Part shown: positions 62,976-64,000 of the stretch, piece after piece | Position numbering within the stretch: the stretch's first letter is position 1 | Layout: each line of letters opens with the position of its first letter | DNA from: Saccostrea cucullata | Lineage: Eukaryota | NCBI RefSeq assembly: GCF_032062105.1 | Contig: NW_026937667.1 | Coordinates: forward strand, 1 to 64,000 | Direction of reading: 5' to 3' | Length of the DNA stretch: 64,000 bases | Position numbers and translations under genes: made by a program | Notes under the pieces: generated by a model | The model's input: only the letters and a program-made list of their open reading frames with translations | Databases searched by the model: none | Told to the model about the DNA's origin: nothing

Positions 62976-64000
62976 GTAAGTTAATAAAACTGATATGTTT
63001 TATGTGTTCTGTTATATATGAGAATATGTGAATAATGTCCTTATCTGACCAGTGAATATCTGGGAATACAGTTGTGCCATTAAAGTCAGACAGGAACTCG
63101 AGCCATGTATCTACGTCTTCGCGAAGTACCCTTGATATAGTTATATAATGGTGTTGTTTGTATGTTTATAATGCTATAGTCCTTGTGTCTATGTGAGCGG
63201 ACCTCAAAATTACTTCGAATTAACAGTTTTTCAATTTAACCGATTTCATTTTACCAAGTATTGTTTTCAAAGAAACTATACCATTTTTTAGGGGAATGCA
63301 GATTCATTTTAAAGTAACTGAATTTTTTTCAATTAAGAGAGTTTATTGTGAGTTCGAGTGTATTTACAATACAAATTATGACACATGACTGTGTTCACTA
63401 TACCTTGTCAGTCGAATTCATTCATACTGCATATTCCTCAAACTCCAATTTACTAATTTATTTATCTGCTAAAACACAACAGAAGATGATACCACTCACA
63501 AGATACCAACGGATAACATGATGAGTTAATGAAATTATGAAAATGAAAAGATAATATCAATTTATTAGGCCTATAGTATCCTTGTGAAAAGCCCGCGCTT
63601 TTGAAAATAGTTTGCGTATATGTGCATTTAGTAGCATATGTGCACAAAATGCTCTATCGCAATTAAACCCTAATAAGATAAATATCTTATTTGTCTTTTA
63701 ATTTAGTTTTTAAAAAAAATATTGATTTACATTTCCAAAGACTGAGATGTTAAAAATCTGTGTTTAAGTTTCGTCTCTCATTTTGACTATTTGTTTATCG
63801 GGAATATCAATCTGCCTGGACGCTGTTTGATTTTTTGTTTACTTTTTCTGTGGAGCTATTTATAGTTACTGTAAGAAAGGTGTCCGTCATGGCCTATAGC
63901 CAGGAATTTGCTTTCAGCAAAGCCCGGAAAAAAATCCAACTTGCAACTAAAAAACACTTTTCCATTAAGATGCAGAATTAGAACAGCTGAAATCGGAAAA

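Overview
AT-rich eukaryotic (animal) genomic DNA, most likely a bivalve mollusc such as an oyster. This is inferred from the gene family and the repeat landscape. The backbone is a same-strand (+) tandem cluster of secreted C1q-domain-containing (C1qDC) genes. Their layout is signal peptide/coiled-coil exon, an optional 129-bp exon, then a globular C1q exon, and every junction I could place is phase 1. The cluster contains two apparently intact genes (14044-18349; 35981-38829), two partial genes cut by the window edges, and three disrupted copies. Roughly 23.2-38.8 kb is duplicated in tandem as about 41.3 kb to the window end, and the two copies carry different insertions. Introns and spacers are packed with mobile DNA: a very young Ty3/Gypsy element with intact pol but no gag, Naiad-type Penelope fragments, a LINE fragment, a tRNA-SINE, decayed mariner and Harbinger transposons, Helentron-associated HINEs and many MITEs. 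The most interesting observations are: (1) a 90-bp in-frame exon apparently born from a duplicated piece of exon 1 by gain of a new splice acceptor, with another such repeat starting at the window end; (2) the gag-less Gypsy and a duplicated RNA stem-loop in its LTR whose core is conserved while the stems differ; (3) CDR-like hypervariable segments in the C1q heads. All alignments were done by eye.
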